The notes under the pieces were generated by a model. That model had not been told where the DNA came from, ran no database searches, and was given only the letters and a program-made list of their open reading frames with translations. Shown piece after piece: positions 13,035 through 26,018 of a DNA stretch of 64,000 nucleotides (its first letter is position 1; the number at the start of each line of letters is the position of its first letter). The stretch spans positions 18,605,693 through 18,669,692 of the forward strand of contig NC_068982.1 of assembly GCF_001194135.2 (NCBI RefSeq), given 5' to 3'. Position numbers and translations under genes: made by a program. The DNA is from Octopus bimaculoides (taxonomy: Eukaryota).

Positions 13035-13860
13035 CCCCCTTGCTTGGGTCCTTCTGGATCAGCGTCACAACTCCCCGGCTTACAAAACTGGGAATTCTCC
13101 CATTCTGCTGGCAGTTTGCATAGACGCTTGCCAGGACATCCCCAAACAAGTCCGGCATTAAACGATAAAACTCGTAGGGCAGACCATCCAGTGCCGGAGA
13201 CTTTTGCATCTCCTCCTGTCCATAGATCCTGCGTCCCTGCTCGTCCGTTAAAGACTCAATACAGGACTTCTTGCCCTTCTGACTCTCCACACGGCAAGCC
13301 CATCTGGCTACGTTGACACCTTCTCGTTTCCCAGCGCGTAACTTAGCTCTGACTCGGCACCCTTCGTGTTTGGCATTGAGGCGACGGTACAAGATCGTTC
13401 TCGCCGCCATCACTCTGGATGCGGAGCCAGATTCCATTGCCTCATCTAGACTCTTGACTAAGTCCCCCTCGATTCTAGTCCTATCTAAACTTAGCTGATT
13501 GCTAAATCTATTGGACTCAAGACGGATGGCTCTCTTGAGGGCGTGCCACCATCTATTGTTAATGATGGTGCCACATAATGCCCTCTGCACTAGCTCCTTA
13601 ATTCGGGTACGGAAAGCTACACAAGTCAAAATAGACTTGTTCATTTTCCAATACCCGGATCCCTGTCTATGACACTTATCTATATGCACCTCACACGTCA
13701 CAAGTTTATGATCCGAATAAGGCACAATACAAAAATGTGGACAGCTAAAGCTATGCTTATCTCTTTCCTTAACAAAAATTCTGCCTATATACGATCTGAG
13801 TGAGCCGTCGTTATTACTCCACGTCCACTGTGGAACGCTCGGCTCATCAAGAAGAAGCAT
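13035..13860 (-). mobile_element. L1-clade (Tx1-like) non-LTR retrotransposon ORF2 fragment: APE endonuclease C-terminus to RT N-terminus
   Basis: Open frame of about 275 aa with WTWSN...SYIGRIF, SDH, GYWKMNKSIL and KSPALDGLPYEFY...GVVTLIQK. It runs into an assembly gap. Confidence 0.9.
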
Positions 13861-13937
13861 AACCAGCTGGCTGAAGAAGTCTGTCTAGCCCTCGCAATAT
13901 ATATAATCACAGTGAAATTTATTCACTGGTTACCAAA

Positions 13938-14247
13938 ATTTGAAATATCATATTTCTAAATCTCTCATTATGGTTATGCTACTTCAGGCTGATGACGAGC
14001 AAAGACTCAGAAACATGTCCCTGAATGCTGACTAGGCTGGGTGGAGGAGTTTGTCTCCCCCTCGCAAACATAAGGACACAGTAATTGTGTCAAGGCCGAC
14101 AGGAAGCGGTCCAGCTTCCTAGGGCTAAACAGCAGTAGTATATTCCCTTATTGGGATTGTCACATTAAGTTGACAATATAAAACAACTTTATCGCATCAC
14201 TACTGGTTAAATCTCTCTGAGAGATTTAGAAATATGATATTTCAAAT
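13938..14247. repeat. 30-bp perfect inverted repeat pair enclosing the hammerhead motif
   Basis: ATTTGAAATATCATATTTCTAAATCTCTCA (13938-13967) is the exact reverse complement of 14218-14247. Confidence 0.9.
13983..14025 (+). ncRNA. Putative minimal type-I hammerhead ribozyme
   Basis: TTCAGG-CTGATGA-cGAGcaaagaCTCa-GAAAC-AT-GTC-CCTGAA. It has the canonical CUGAUGA and GAAA core, a GUC cleavage triplet, a 6-bp stem I, a 3-bp stem II and a palindromic ACATGT stem III. Confidence 0.65.
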
Positions 14248-14374
14248 ATATNNNNNNNNNNNNNNNNNNNNNNNNNNNNNTATATATATATATATATATA
14301 TATATTCTATTTCCTCGTGTACCGTGTGTATATGTATGAGTGTGTGTGCCGTCGTATATACGCATTGCACACAT

Positions 14375-14418
<44 letters not shown>

Positions 14419-14884
14419 CTGTGTAAATGTATGCATATAGAAACAACAAAAGTAAAGAGATTTATAGATTCAAGATAATATATAAATAATTTATATACAT
14501 ACAAGTAATTGATATACTCTTTGTTGACAAATAATAAAATTATTGAAACACTAATACCCAACAGACAATATTTGTCATCTCCTCACCATTTCAAGTTTTC
14601 TTTCTCCTAGGAGGTTTCAGACCTTTCAAGAAGTACAACCAACTGATGACTATTATCTTGCAACACGACCCGCTTTATGCAATTTAATAACTGAATAACT
14701 TAAACATGGTATCTATGGTATCTATGAAATTACAAATTTACAAATTTCAGATTTGATTGTGAGTCCGGTATTATTGCTGAGCTCGTCTTTCACTATGTAT
14801 CTGTTACTAAAATATTCACACTCACACACACACACACACACGCACACACACACACACACATCAAACACACGCACACACACGAAC

Positions 14885-14915
<31 letters not shown>

Positions 14916-16313
14916 AGTTATGGCTGTGTATATATAATGTTGTATAATGATACTCTTAATATCCATTTTAAACTGGTTATATTTTTAGATTGCTGAATGC
15001 TGCGGGATTCATTTTGAGAGGACATCCCATATAAACGCATACATCGACAGCTGGGGAGAAACATAGAGATAGATAGACAGATAGACAAGTAGATAGATAG
15101 ATAGATAGATAGATAGAGGATAAATGATAGCAAGCTATCACGCGGCACGTTGCTGTTTTTGCGGAATCGAAACATATCTCTGGAGCAGTTTTGCTACCCT
15201 GAGCATCGAGTTAAGTATGAGGAGTATTCGATACGCTCGTCTCCAAAATGGACCAAGCAGAAAATTCCAGCGGTTCGAGATCGGGGATTCTTGAGGGCCA
15301 TACATTCAAGCCTATGAATGACGGATTGTTTTTTTCGAATCCAGTGGAGGTGTGGAATGGTGCCGAGTCCTACTGGAATTTTCATGGTGCAAGTTGGCTT
15401 GCAAATAATATAAGAATAGTTAATGATGGAGGTGGACGATAAGAAGAACCATAAAATTATGTGAAAGCTTGTCTAACCTACTGAGGATGAAATTACAATA
15501 GAAATTACAACAAATGCTTACATTGTGTAAAATTTTCAGTATATGGTTTGAAAACATTGGTGCAATCCTCGATCTAAGGATGGTGAACGTATCTTTTAGT
15601 TATAAATACCTATAGCTTGAAGTTACTTTTACAGTATGTCATATACATGTTATTCGATTGCCTTACTTATCAGAAGAGCGGAGAGCTTGCGTTCGAAGAC
15701 GAAAATCGAAACAAATATATATACTCTAGTGGGCAAGTATCTGGATTCTTAGAGTTGCAGTTTGGTCAGTAGAGATTCCATATAAACGTAATGGATGAGT
15801 CATACCAAAATATAGATATTAAACGGCATAATTTTTTACGTCACATTCTAAGCTTTGCACAGGTTGGAATTTCAGTGGAATATTTGCGAAATATTCATGG
15901 TTGTTTGTCGTCTGCCTCTTAAAAGTAAGACATTTTGAATATGGCTTAACATCACGCACCACATGGTCGCATAAATGTAGCCTTTCAAGAGGGCACTCGC
16001 TAAGATTTCTCATTTATTCAATTCTCCTCTCAGGCCGTTACCTCTCCATCGTTCATATATATTAGTATAAAACATTCCGTGAGTTTGCTAACACATGTAC
16101 GCATATGTATGTTTGTACGTACGTATGTATGTTTGTATGTATGTATGTTTCTATGTATGTATGTATGTATGTATGTATGTATACAAACTGTCTCGGCGAA
16201 ATTTGATAGTTTACGAAAAGGAAAACAAAACAGATCCCCATAAAAAAAACAGAAGTATTTTAAGAAGCCCCAAAATTTAGACGCGGTGATTTATTTACCT
16301 GTTTATCTATCTA

Positions 16314-16354
<41 letters not shown>

Positions 16355-16547
16355 NNNNNNNNNNNNNNNNNNNNNNNNNNNNNNNNNNNNNNNNNNNNNN
16401 NNNNNNNNNNNNNNNNATATATATATATATATATATACATATATAGGGAGATAGATAAATAGACATCATCATCCTCTTCTATATCTGTATACACACCTAC
16501 ATACATACACACGCGCGCACATATATGTGTACACATAAATATATATG

Positions 16548-16586
<39 letters not shown>

Positions 16587-16638
16587 TCATATATATGTGG
16601 ACACCTATCTTTATTAATAATATAGTTTACATTGCAAA

Positions 16639-16827
16639 GGCTGAGCGGGCAGAATCGATACCGTCCCGAGAAAAAAGGTAAATGCCATTTCGTCCGGTTT
16701 CACGTTATGAGTTCAAATTCCACCGAAATCGACTTTGCTTTTCCATATTTTCGAGATCGATACAATAAGGACGAGTTGAACACTTCCTAATAATTGCTGG
16801 CCATGAGCCAATATTTAAAATCAATAT
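16639..16827 (+). mobile_element. SINE family A (about 200 bp, tRNA-related head)
   Basis: GGCAGAATCG...GAGTTCAAATTCCACCGAAATCGACTTTGC (B-box-like GAGTTCAAATTCC). Homologous copies occur at 25352, 27061, 32548 and 37391. Confidence 0.75.
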
Positions 16828-17360
16828 ATTTTGTTCTCTGTGAAATAGCCTCAATCTGCTTCATGATGTAAAACATAATTTGAATTTAAGGGAAAATTTA
16901 GTGACGCAAAATACTTCTACTTATAGAAATTTTCAATAGGAAGACATGAAATTTTCATGCAGAACGTTTGTGACATTCTTATTTGAACAATGCAACAATC
17001 AATAATTACATCTTTATTGAGAGTGTTTAAAGTTTTCACAATCAACAAAAACCGGATATCCGAGTCTAGTTCTCAAACGCATGATGAGCAGTCATTCACA
17101 ATTCGTACAAAATGAACAATTGAATTTGCAGACAATGATGGAATATGTTTATTTTTTGTGTTTTATATAACTATTATTACTTTCCGTTTCCAAATTCTTC
17201 AATTAAACTTCTGTATAACAAACCAGTTAATGTCATTCTGAGGAATGAACTTCGATCACAAAATACGTGAATATGTACAATTTCAAGGAACTATATTTAC
17301 ATACATTTTTAGGTGATATGAATATCTGTATATTCATATTCGTTTTTTTATGTTTTGTTT

Positions 17361-20300
17361 TATTAGATTCAGCTCAAAGCTGTGGCCATACTGGGGCACC
17401 ACCGTTTTGCTACACTGTTATTATTGAGACTCTTCTCTGATATATGGCATTTGGTGAATAAGGGAGTTTGATGTTACTTCCCTCATTCGCACCTCCTTTC
17501 ACGAGGTAGGTTCATCTGAGACTCTCGACAGGAAGAGATCCAGTTTACATCTGAAAATACCTACATCCACTTTGGGTAGGAACCTCAGGCTCTTTCGAGA
17601 ATATTAAAAGGCTGTGAGCCCCTGAAATCCAGGCTGTTGCAGTAACTAGTCCTGAAGCGCGATGGCATTGCTGGGATCTTAGGTACTGTGCGGTGGCGAC
17701 CCGTTCATACATTTTTGTTACTTTCAATGCCAAAATTTGGCACAGTCCCTTCCGGGACCTTCCAGGTGTATATTACTTCATATCTCTCATGCCTTCCCTC
17801 CTGGGAGTAGAGTCTTAGCTGTTTCAACCCATCGCAGTAGCTTTCAGGCACCTGGGGATGGATACTCTCCAGAGTACCATCATAGTTTCCTCTAGTTCTG
17901 AAGGTTCTCATGAACCATCCAGCCAATCGTCTGCACTTTGTTGACATCCTCGCAATGTTGATTTGGAAAACGGTATCACCACACGTGTCGATACCCAGGT
18001 CCGGCACTAATTTAGGCTCTGGGATTGTAATCCCCTGTGGGACAGTGTACCCTGTAAGTTTATATTCACTTTTGGGCGCTGGTAGCACAGGGCTTAGAAT
18101 TTTCCAGCATTAAACTGCATATTATTGTTTTAACCCCATCTGTAAATTGATTCCAACTCCTGCTGCAGGTGTGCAACATCGCTAGAGTTCTGTATTTTCT
18201 GCGAGACTTTCGTATCGTCTGCGTAGCTAGCAAGGGTGGCTATCCGGGCAGCTGAGGGCATATCTGAGAGGGCCACTGTGAAAAGCAGTGGATACGACAG
18301 TACCCTGTGTAACACCACTCACTATTTGTGTTTTCTTTGAGGTAGCTCAATTAGCCACTACTGCCTGACTACTATCATTCAGAAAGTCGTGTAACCATCT
18401 CCAAGTTTTCCAGCTATGCGAAGATTGCGCAGTTTGTGGCATATCATACCATGATCTATTTTATCAAAAGATTTTGCAAAGTCAAGGCATATTACGTCCT
18501 TATTTGAGTTGTTGAGTAACTGCCTCCACAGCCAGTCATAATGCTGTAGGGTCTGCTTCAGGCAGCTCCTACCTGGTCGAAAGCCACACAAGGTGTCACT
18601 CAGTAAGTCGTTTTCCTCAAGGAATGCGATTAATTTCTGTCCGGCTATCCGTTTCATGACTTTGCTGAAGTGTGAAGTCAGAGATAGGACTATAATTCTT
18701 GGCATCTTCTCTGCGTGCTCCTTTATGGATTGGGGATATTATTTCTGCCTTCACTTTGCTTAGGAGCCTGCTATTTGCAAGAAAAATCTGAAAGCGAATC
18801 TCCGCTGATTTTGCCAGGGCACGTTTACACGATTTGAAGAGGACTGCTGAGAAACCATCAAGGCCAGCAATTGTGTTTGCTAGTAGTATGTCTTCTTCAC
18901 TAATGTTGATGTAATCTATCGTAACTGCTTCGCCTGTAATAGGTGAGGCGGCAAAGAAATCCATCGGTTCATTCACTTATCTGTGTTCCAACGGTGTGGT
19001 AAAGACACTTTTGAAATGGTCACTCAGTACCTCACTGATCCTGTTTGAGCCTTTTGTGAGCAGCCATCGTTTTGGAAGAGGGGTCGTATTTTTCAGCGTA
19101 CTGAGGCTGTTACTTTGAAAGAAGGCCTCTGGCTTTGATTTAACTTTTTTTATAACCCAGGCTTCTTTGTCTGCCCTCTCCCTCACATGGGAGTGCTGCA
19201 GGCTTTCTTCAATCTCCATTAGTGTTTTTAGGCGGGATCTTCGCACTACTTTTGTAATGTTTGTTGAAGCGATTTGCAAACTTCGTCCGTCGTCTCATGA
19301 GGATCTTCCTCTCTCCTCGAAACTTGTTCCTTTTTGTGTTGGCCTTGTCACCCGGGACATTCATCTGGCATGTGGTTTGCGTAACAGACATGAAATATTC
19401 TAGTTTCGTGCCAATGTCTGGTGTGGAGAGACATTTCAACCAGTCTTGTCTGAGGATCTCTTTTTGGATCGATTTCTTGTCTGATTTCTCGAGGTTCATA
19501 TTGGCGTGATTTTGGATGCTTTCTTTAGATTGTATGTCTCTGGCTACTTTTGGCGTCTACATAGACAGCTCTATTATGTTATGATCCGAAACTAATGTCA
19601 GCGTCACTTTCACATTACGAACATTACGGACGATGTCCACATTGTTTCTGAAGCAAAGATCTAATATATTATTCGCCCTAGTTGGTCTGAACACAACTTG
19701 CTTCATGAATAGGGCATTGGTGTGTTTGAGTAGGGACTTTACCTGTACTTGTTTGCAATGAGTCATTCCAGAGAGCATGAGGCCTTCGGGCCATTTAACA
19801 CTGGGGAAGTTGAAATCACCCATAAGAAATATAATCATGTGATGCTTCGGTTTCATGAGGATTTCTTTTAGTCTTGTGAGGCAATCTTCAAACGTTCCTA
19901 TGTAGTTTGGAGCATCCGGTGTGCGATATGTATTGCATATGACTATATTGCGTTGTCTTATGTATACAATTAGAGTGCCACATACTGAAATTGAATATGG
20001 CAGTAGGAACTAGGGTGTCAGGTCCCCAAGAACGTTACAGCAACTCCACCGTGACTCCTTTCCCTTCTGCCTGTTCGCAGTATGGTATATTTTGGTATGT
20101 GCACTTATGCAGCATCTATATCAGGTCTCAGATACGTCTTCACGCGTGCTATGCTTAGAGCTTGATTGCTTGCACAAAGGTCTCTCAGGAAAAAAGATTT
20201 TGCTGTTGTTCTTGTGATGCAGCAGACCTCCAATATTTAGTCTGCTGAATGTGGTGGTCTTGCGCAGTGATGGACAGGGTTCCGTATTTGCGCTTGATCT

Positions 20301-21080
20301 TGCAAAGTCAGCTACAGCACTATCTTGCGCATAACATTTGAAGAGCGCACTGCATTTGTCTGCTTTCACTTTGGAGACGATTGGTGCCTTTCCTCAGGGA
20401 CGTATTTCTCCATAAGACCCCTGCATTTTTGGTGAGGTCTCGGGTGAACAAAGCAGCAGTTTGTACCGTCTTCTCCATGCCATTTTGATTTGTTTTCTGT
20501 CTATTATTTGGTGGTTTTATGTTTCGGTTTTAGTTGCTTCATCATTTCCTCTTCCTTTGCCTTTCTCTCTCTCCTTCCGTCTTTATATTTATATATGTGC
20601 TCGTGGCCTTTCCTTCCTTTACTGGTTGTAGCACTTGCATTTCTCTGGATTTCCAATGGGGAGAGGACTCCATTCCTTTGTAGGACCACTGAAACAGAGG
20701 AACTTCTGTTTATTGCTTCTTCACCTTCCCTATCCTTATCAGCCTAGTTTTTCAGAGGGGTGGGGGATCTATTCTTTAGTGGGACTACTGGATTAGCGGG
20801 ACTTCTAGTTTCGGCTTCATCTTCTCTATCACCATCAGCCTTGCCACTGTTATTTTCCGTGGTGGCATCAAAAGTGTCAATGTGTGGTGTAATAAGAGCA
20901 TAGGAGCGCATAAATTCATTTTCATTCCGTTGTATCTGCTAAATGGTTCTACAGAATCCATTGTTCATCAGTGTAACAGTGAATATGTTGTTTGTAAGAT
21001 CGCCGATAGCAATTGTCCATGCTCGCAACAGAAGTTTCAGTTCCTTGCTATTCAAATTTGATGCTATCTTCGATTTCTAA
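17361..21080 (-). mobile_element. Near-full-length decayed CR1-group LINE (ORF1 + APE + RT, about 3.7 kb)
   Basis: ORF1-like frame at about 21070-20335 with Cys/His motifs. APE motifs: LRPDIDAA*VHIPKYTILRTGRRERSHGGVA, FLMGDFNF and SDHNIIE. RT motifs: GFRPGRSC, LDFAKSFDKIDH, SYPLLF and ASYADDTK. C-terminus LKQLRLYS...ERYEVIYTWK. Many stops and frameshifts. Confidence 0.9.
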
Positions 21081-21655
21081 CTCGAGAGGCGATGGGAGGA
21101 TAGAGAGGAAGTCAGAGAGACAGAGGGATGTAGAAAGGAAGATATGAAAGAGAAATGAAGGGAGTATGGAGCGATACGAAGTCAGATGGGGGAAGAAGAA
21201 GGGGAAGAAAAGGAGTTAGATAGAGTGAGAGGGAAAGAAGAGGGGAAAAAGAGAAATATATGAAAGATTTAGGGAGAGAGACAAGAGAAAAGGAGGAGGA
21301 TAAGAAGAAGAGAGGGGAAGAGCAGGTAAAAAGATATGAGGGAAAGAGAAAAAGAGAGGTTATAAAACGAGAAGGGCCGCTGTGAGAGAGCAAGAAGCTA
21401 CATGAAAAATGATAGCAGGAAGAAAAGAAGAGGTTTCGTGATAAATTTGCTGCTTTAAATTTTTTTCTCATTTTCCATGTATTCGTATTGCGTATTTCAT
21501 GTAGTTTACTTTATGTGACGTCCTGTGACCACATATGCATATGTACATACATATATATGTAAGTATGTATATATAAGTATGCATATATTCATATAAATAT
21601 TATTTATATTTTTATATGATTGAACGCCACGCATCCGTTTCTAAGTGAGTTTTAT

Positions 21656-21694
<39 letters not shown>

Positions 21695-21842
21695 NNNNNN
21701 NNNNNNNNNNNNNNNNNNNNNNNNNNNNNNNNNNNNNNNNNNNNNNNNNNNNNNNNNNNNNNNNNNNNNNNNNNNNNNNNNNNNNNNNNNNNNNNNNNNN
21801 NNNNNNNNNNNNNNNNNNNNNNNNNNNNNNNNNNNNNNNNNN

Positions 21843-21899
<57 letters not shown>

Positions 21900-21942
21900 G
21901 TGCATGTGTGTGTGTGTGTGCGTGTGTATGTGTGTGTGTGCA

Positions 21943-22190
21943 ACCTTCAAACTTACCTGTGTAGTTTGGAGCATCCGGTGGGCGATATGTATTGCATATG
22001 ACTATTGCGTTGTCTTATGTATACAATTAGAGTGTCACATACTGAATTTGAGTATGGCAGTAGAAAATAGGGGGACATGTCTCCAAGAACGTTACAGCAA
22101 CTCAACCATGGCTCCTTTGCCTTCTGACTGTTCGCAGTATGGTATATTTTCGTATGTGTACTTCTGCATCATCTATATCAGGACTCAGAT
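21943..22190 (-). mobile_element. Fragment of the same CR1-group LINE (APE N-terminus)
   Basis: Aligns by eye to about 19885-20132 and encodes HLSPDIDDAEVHIRKYTILRTVRRQRSHG. Confidence 0.9.
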
Positions 22191-24270
22191 GCATACATAT
22201 CTTTACGTATTGGAAAGATATATCAAGTGGCAGTCTCATCGTTCGCAATTCACCATTTTTCATCTTTTCAACGTTTACGATAACGTTTCTATTGAAAGTC
22301 TGAAAAACGAGAGCAATTTGTTCAGCAATTAAATAAACGATAAACAAATCAACGTCTTCGGTAAACGAAAAAAGCTGAGCAAACAAATTAAATTATGTAA
22401 GTTACATACGGAAACAGAAAAATACGAATGCATTGCTAGATGAATTATTAAGATAACAAGTTTGGAAAAAAAAAAGTATTTAGGAAGTACGAACATGCCA
22501 AATGTTATACTGTTACATATCCTGGAGCTGACCGTAAGCATAAAGGTCAGCCAACGAAATCGAAAACTAAAATAGGACAAACATAGACAATATTTTCGAT
22601 CTATGTAAGAAGCCAGGCAATAAATTTGCTGTCATTACTAATGTATATGAAGCCCGTTTAATGTGTACATATACCACACGTTAGCATACTGGAAAATGAC
22701 CAGAGCGCCGGCATGTTCTTTGCAGTTGCAGAAAAGTATTCCGTTTCAATATAACGTACATGTATATATGAACATGTGAGTCTATATGGATGCAGTAATA
22801 CACTCACACATACACACACACACGCGCACACACACAGACCCACACACACGCACACACACAGACACACGCACACGCACACACACAGACACACACACACACA
22901 CAAACACACACACATGCCACACCATACACAACCACACATACACACACTCGTCTTGTCTGTTAGAGTGTCCAGCAGTGAAGAAGAGCAGAAATGGACCGAA
23001 ACTAGGCTGGTCTCTGTCGTTAACCAGGAAGAGGAAATGTCTTCTCGGGGTTAAGAGTTCGCAATAACGACCGTTCGTACAGAACAGCCATGTCGAAGTG
23101 GCAAGAAACATTTCTTGCCAGTACAGCTACTGCTTTCATCTCTTATAGAGGTTTATATCTAGCTGCATTATTCATTTAAATGTTTTACACATTTGAAAAT
23201 GCTAAGTTATCAGTAATCGAAATAATTAAAGTAGAGCACAACTAAAAACCAAAGAAACAGGGTTGTTTGATGGCTTGAACTTTGCTTTGCTCTATAAAAG
23301 ATAAAGCAAAATACTACATCGTTTATATTCATGGAACTAAGAAATCGTTTAGGAACTGGAATGATAATGTTTCCCGTAAAGTAAGAGAAGTTGTTTGATC
23401 CTCAAATCACACAATTATCTCTTTAGAAAAAGAAAATGCCGATTAATGTATCGACATTTATGTGTAAAGGTAGTTGACTAAATAAAATTATATGTTCTGT
23501 TATAGAGGTGGACAGTTATTAATCAAAACCGGAAATCCGGTTTGGGTAATTTGAAATGTAAACTAAGTTCTCAAAAGATATAATTGTGGATGACTGTAAT
23601 ATTTAGTTAAGAATGGTATAAGATTTCTCAATAAGCATTCATTGTTCTAATAAATCTAATATAGCATATAATGTTACTTAATTAATTTAGTCGACGAAAA
23701 TTGTTGATTGTTGAGAATATCTCGCTTTGTCGTATGGAGCTGGACTCAGTTTCCATTTGCTAATTGTGACACATCATCTAGCAGCAGAATTAATTTTGAC
23801 AATTCAATGAATTATGATGTACATGTATGGAAGGTGATATGCATGTATCTGATTATGTTATTCATTTACCAGCTTCTCGCCTCTCGGGATTATTTCCCTG
23901 AGATCATTTCTATTTACATTCGTGTATATTAGCTTTCCCCAAACCGCGTTTTACACTTGTTACATACGTTTATATCCATAGACTGATGATTAATTATGGT
24001 ACTGTGGATACCCTCAAGACAAAAAGATGTGTCAACGACTTTCAGACGATAAGCCTGTCCTCAATGACATCACTTGTTGAGAATGATGTGCCATAGAAAT
24101 TATTGCCTCTTATAGTGAGTGTGTCTCAATTACCAATTGGCAATTGTTCCATATCTTGATGCAGGGATAATTATTGAAACTCTAATAAGTTGTACTTTAG
24201 ATGATCTGTCTACATTTTCACTCTGTGCAGACACACACAGACACAGACGCACACACACACAGACACAAAC

Positions 24271-24318
<48 letters not shown>

Positions 24319-24406
24319 CTTTACACACACACACACACACACACAGAAACACACACACACAGAAACACACACACACACAGACACACACACACAGAGAAAC
24401 ACACAC

Positions 24407-24452
<46 letters not shown>

Positions 24453-25183
24453 NNNNNNNNNNNNNNNNNNNNNNNNNNNNNNNNNNNNNNNNNNNNNNNN
24501 NNNNNNNNNNNNNNNNNNNNNNNNNNNNNNNNNNNNNNNNNNNNNNNNNNNNNNNNNNNNNNNNNNNNNNNNNNNNNNNNNNNNNNNNNNNNNNNNNNNN
24601 NNNNNNNNNNNNNNNNNNNNNNNNNNNNNNNNNNNNNNNNNNNNNNNNNNNNNNNNNNNNNNNNNNNNNNNNNNNNNNNNNNNNNNNNNNNNNNNNNNNN
24701 NNNNNNNNNNNNNNNNNNNNNNNNNNNNNNNNNNNNNNNNNNNNNNNNNNNNNNNNNNNNNNNNNNNNNNNNNNNNNNNNNNNNNNNNNNNNNNNNNNNN
24801 NNNNNNNNNNNNNNNNNNNNNNNNNNNNNNNNNNNNNNNNNNNNNNNNNNNNNNNNNNNNNNNNNNNNNNNNNNNNNNNNNNNNNNNNNNNNNNNNNNNN
24901 NNNNNNNNNNNNNNNNNNNNNNNNNNNNNNNNNNNNNNNNNNNNNNNNNNNNNNNNNNNNNNNNNNNNNNNNNNNNNNNNNNNNNNNNNNNNNNNNNNNN
25001 NNNNNNNNNNNNNNNNNNNNNNNNNNNNNNNNNNNNNNNNNNNNNNNNNNNNNNNNNNNNNNNNNNNNNNNNNNNNNNNNNNNNNNNNNNNNNNNNNNNN
25101 NNNNNNNNNNNNNNNNNNNNNNNNNNNNNNNNNNNNNNNNNNNNNNNNNNNNNNNNNNNNNNNNNNNNNNNNATATACGATAG

Positions 25184-25318
25184 GCCTCTTTCAGTCTACT
25201 AAATCTATCCCTAAGGCTTTTGTCGGCTCGGTGCTATAGTAGAAATCAATTGTCCAAGGTGCGCACGCAGTGAGATTGAACCCAGAACCATGTGGTTGGG
25301 AACCAAGCTGCCACGCCT
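25184..25318 (-). mobile_element. SINE family B, 5' part
   Basis: The reverse complement matches the head of 26019-26140 (AACCACATGGTTCTGGGTTCAATCTCACTGCG...CCTTGGACAA). Confidence 0.7.
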
Positions 25319-25351
25319 ATATATAGTAACAATTTGATCAGCTTCACATTA

Positions 25352-25564
25352 ATATTGGTTTCAAAGTTCGGCAGAATAGCAAATAATTTGCTGGTGGTGG
25401 TAAATCGATTACATGAAACCGAGTGTTCGACTGGTACCTATTTCTTCTATCCCGAAATGTTGATAGGCAACGTCGACTCCCGTGGAATTTGATCTGAAAA
25501 TGCAGGGACAGACGAAGCGCTGCTAAGCATTTAACTCGGAATGCTAACGATTCTGTCAGCTCAC
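25352..25564 (-). mobile_element. SINE family A copy
   Basis: Reverse complement reads GAGCTGACAGAATCGTTAGCATTCC...AAATTCCACGGGAGTCGACGTTGCC...AGGTACCAG, homologous to 16639-16827. Confidence 0.8.
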
Positions 25565-25639
25565 AGCCCTCAGCTTCAAATTAATATCACGTAAACGTTT
25601 GCACATCTGCATTATTAGATGCTGGATATTAGACTTTTA

Positions 25640-25995
25640 CTCTCTCTCTTAATATATATCTCTCTCTCAATATCTCTCTCTCAATATCTCTCTCTCTCAA
25701 TATCTCTCACTCTCTCAATATCTCTCTCTCTCTCTCAATTTCTCTCTCTCAATCTCTCTCTCTCTCTCAATCTCTCTCTCTCTCTCAATCTCTCTCTCTC
25801 CCTCAATCTCTCTCTATCTCTCTCTCTCTCTCTCGCTCTCTCTCTNNNNNNNNNNNNNNNNTCTCTCTCTCAATTTCTCTCTCTCAATCTCTCTCTCTCT
25901 CTCAATCTCTCTCTCTCTCTCAATCTCTCTCTCTCCCTCAATCTCTCTCTATCTCTCTCTCTCTCTCTCGCTCTCTCTCTCGCTCCCTCGCTCTC
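25640..25995. repeat. (CT)n/CTCAAT compound minisatellite, partly duplicated across an N gap
   Basis: Directly visible. About 25730-25845 is repeated at about 25862-25980. Confidence 0.85.
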
Positions 25996-26018
25996 TCTTC
26001 GCTCTTATGTCTTCATTG

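Noticed and set aside
15190-15445. GC-richer stretch with short ORFs (ILEGHTFKP...WNFHGASW)
   Set aside because: No motif could be assigned. It is probably TE-derived, but that cannot be supported without a search.
22970-23120. GTGAAGA...CCGAAACTAGGC hammerhead-like motif and a 10-bp hairpin at 23099-23120
   Set aside because: The core is mismatched and stem II is absent. The short hairpin is compatible with chance.
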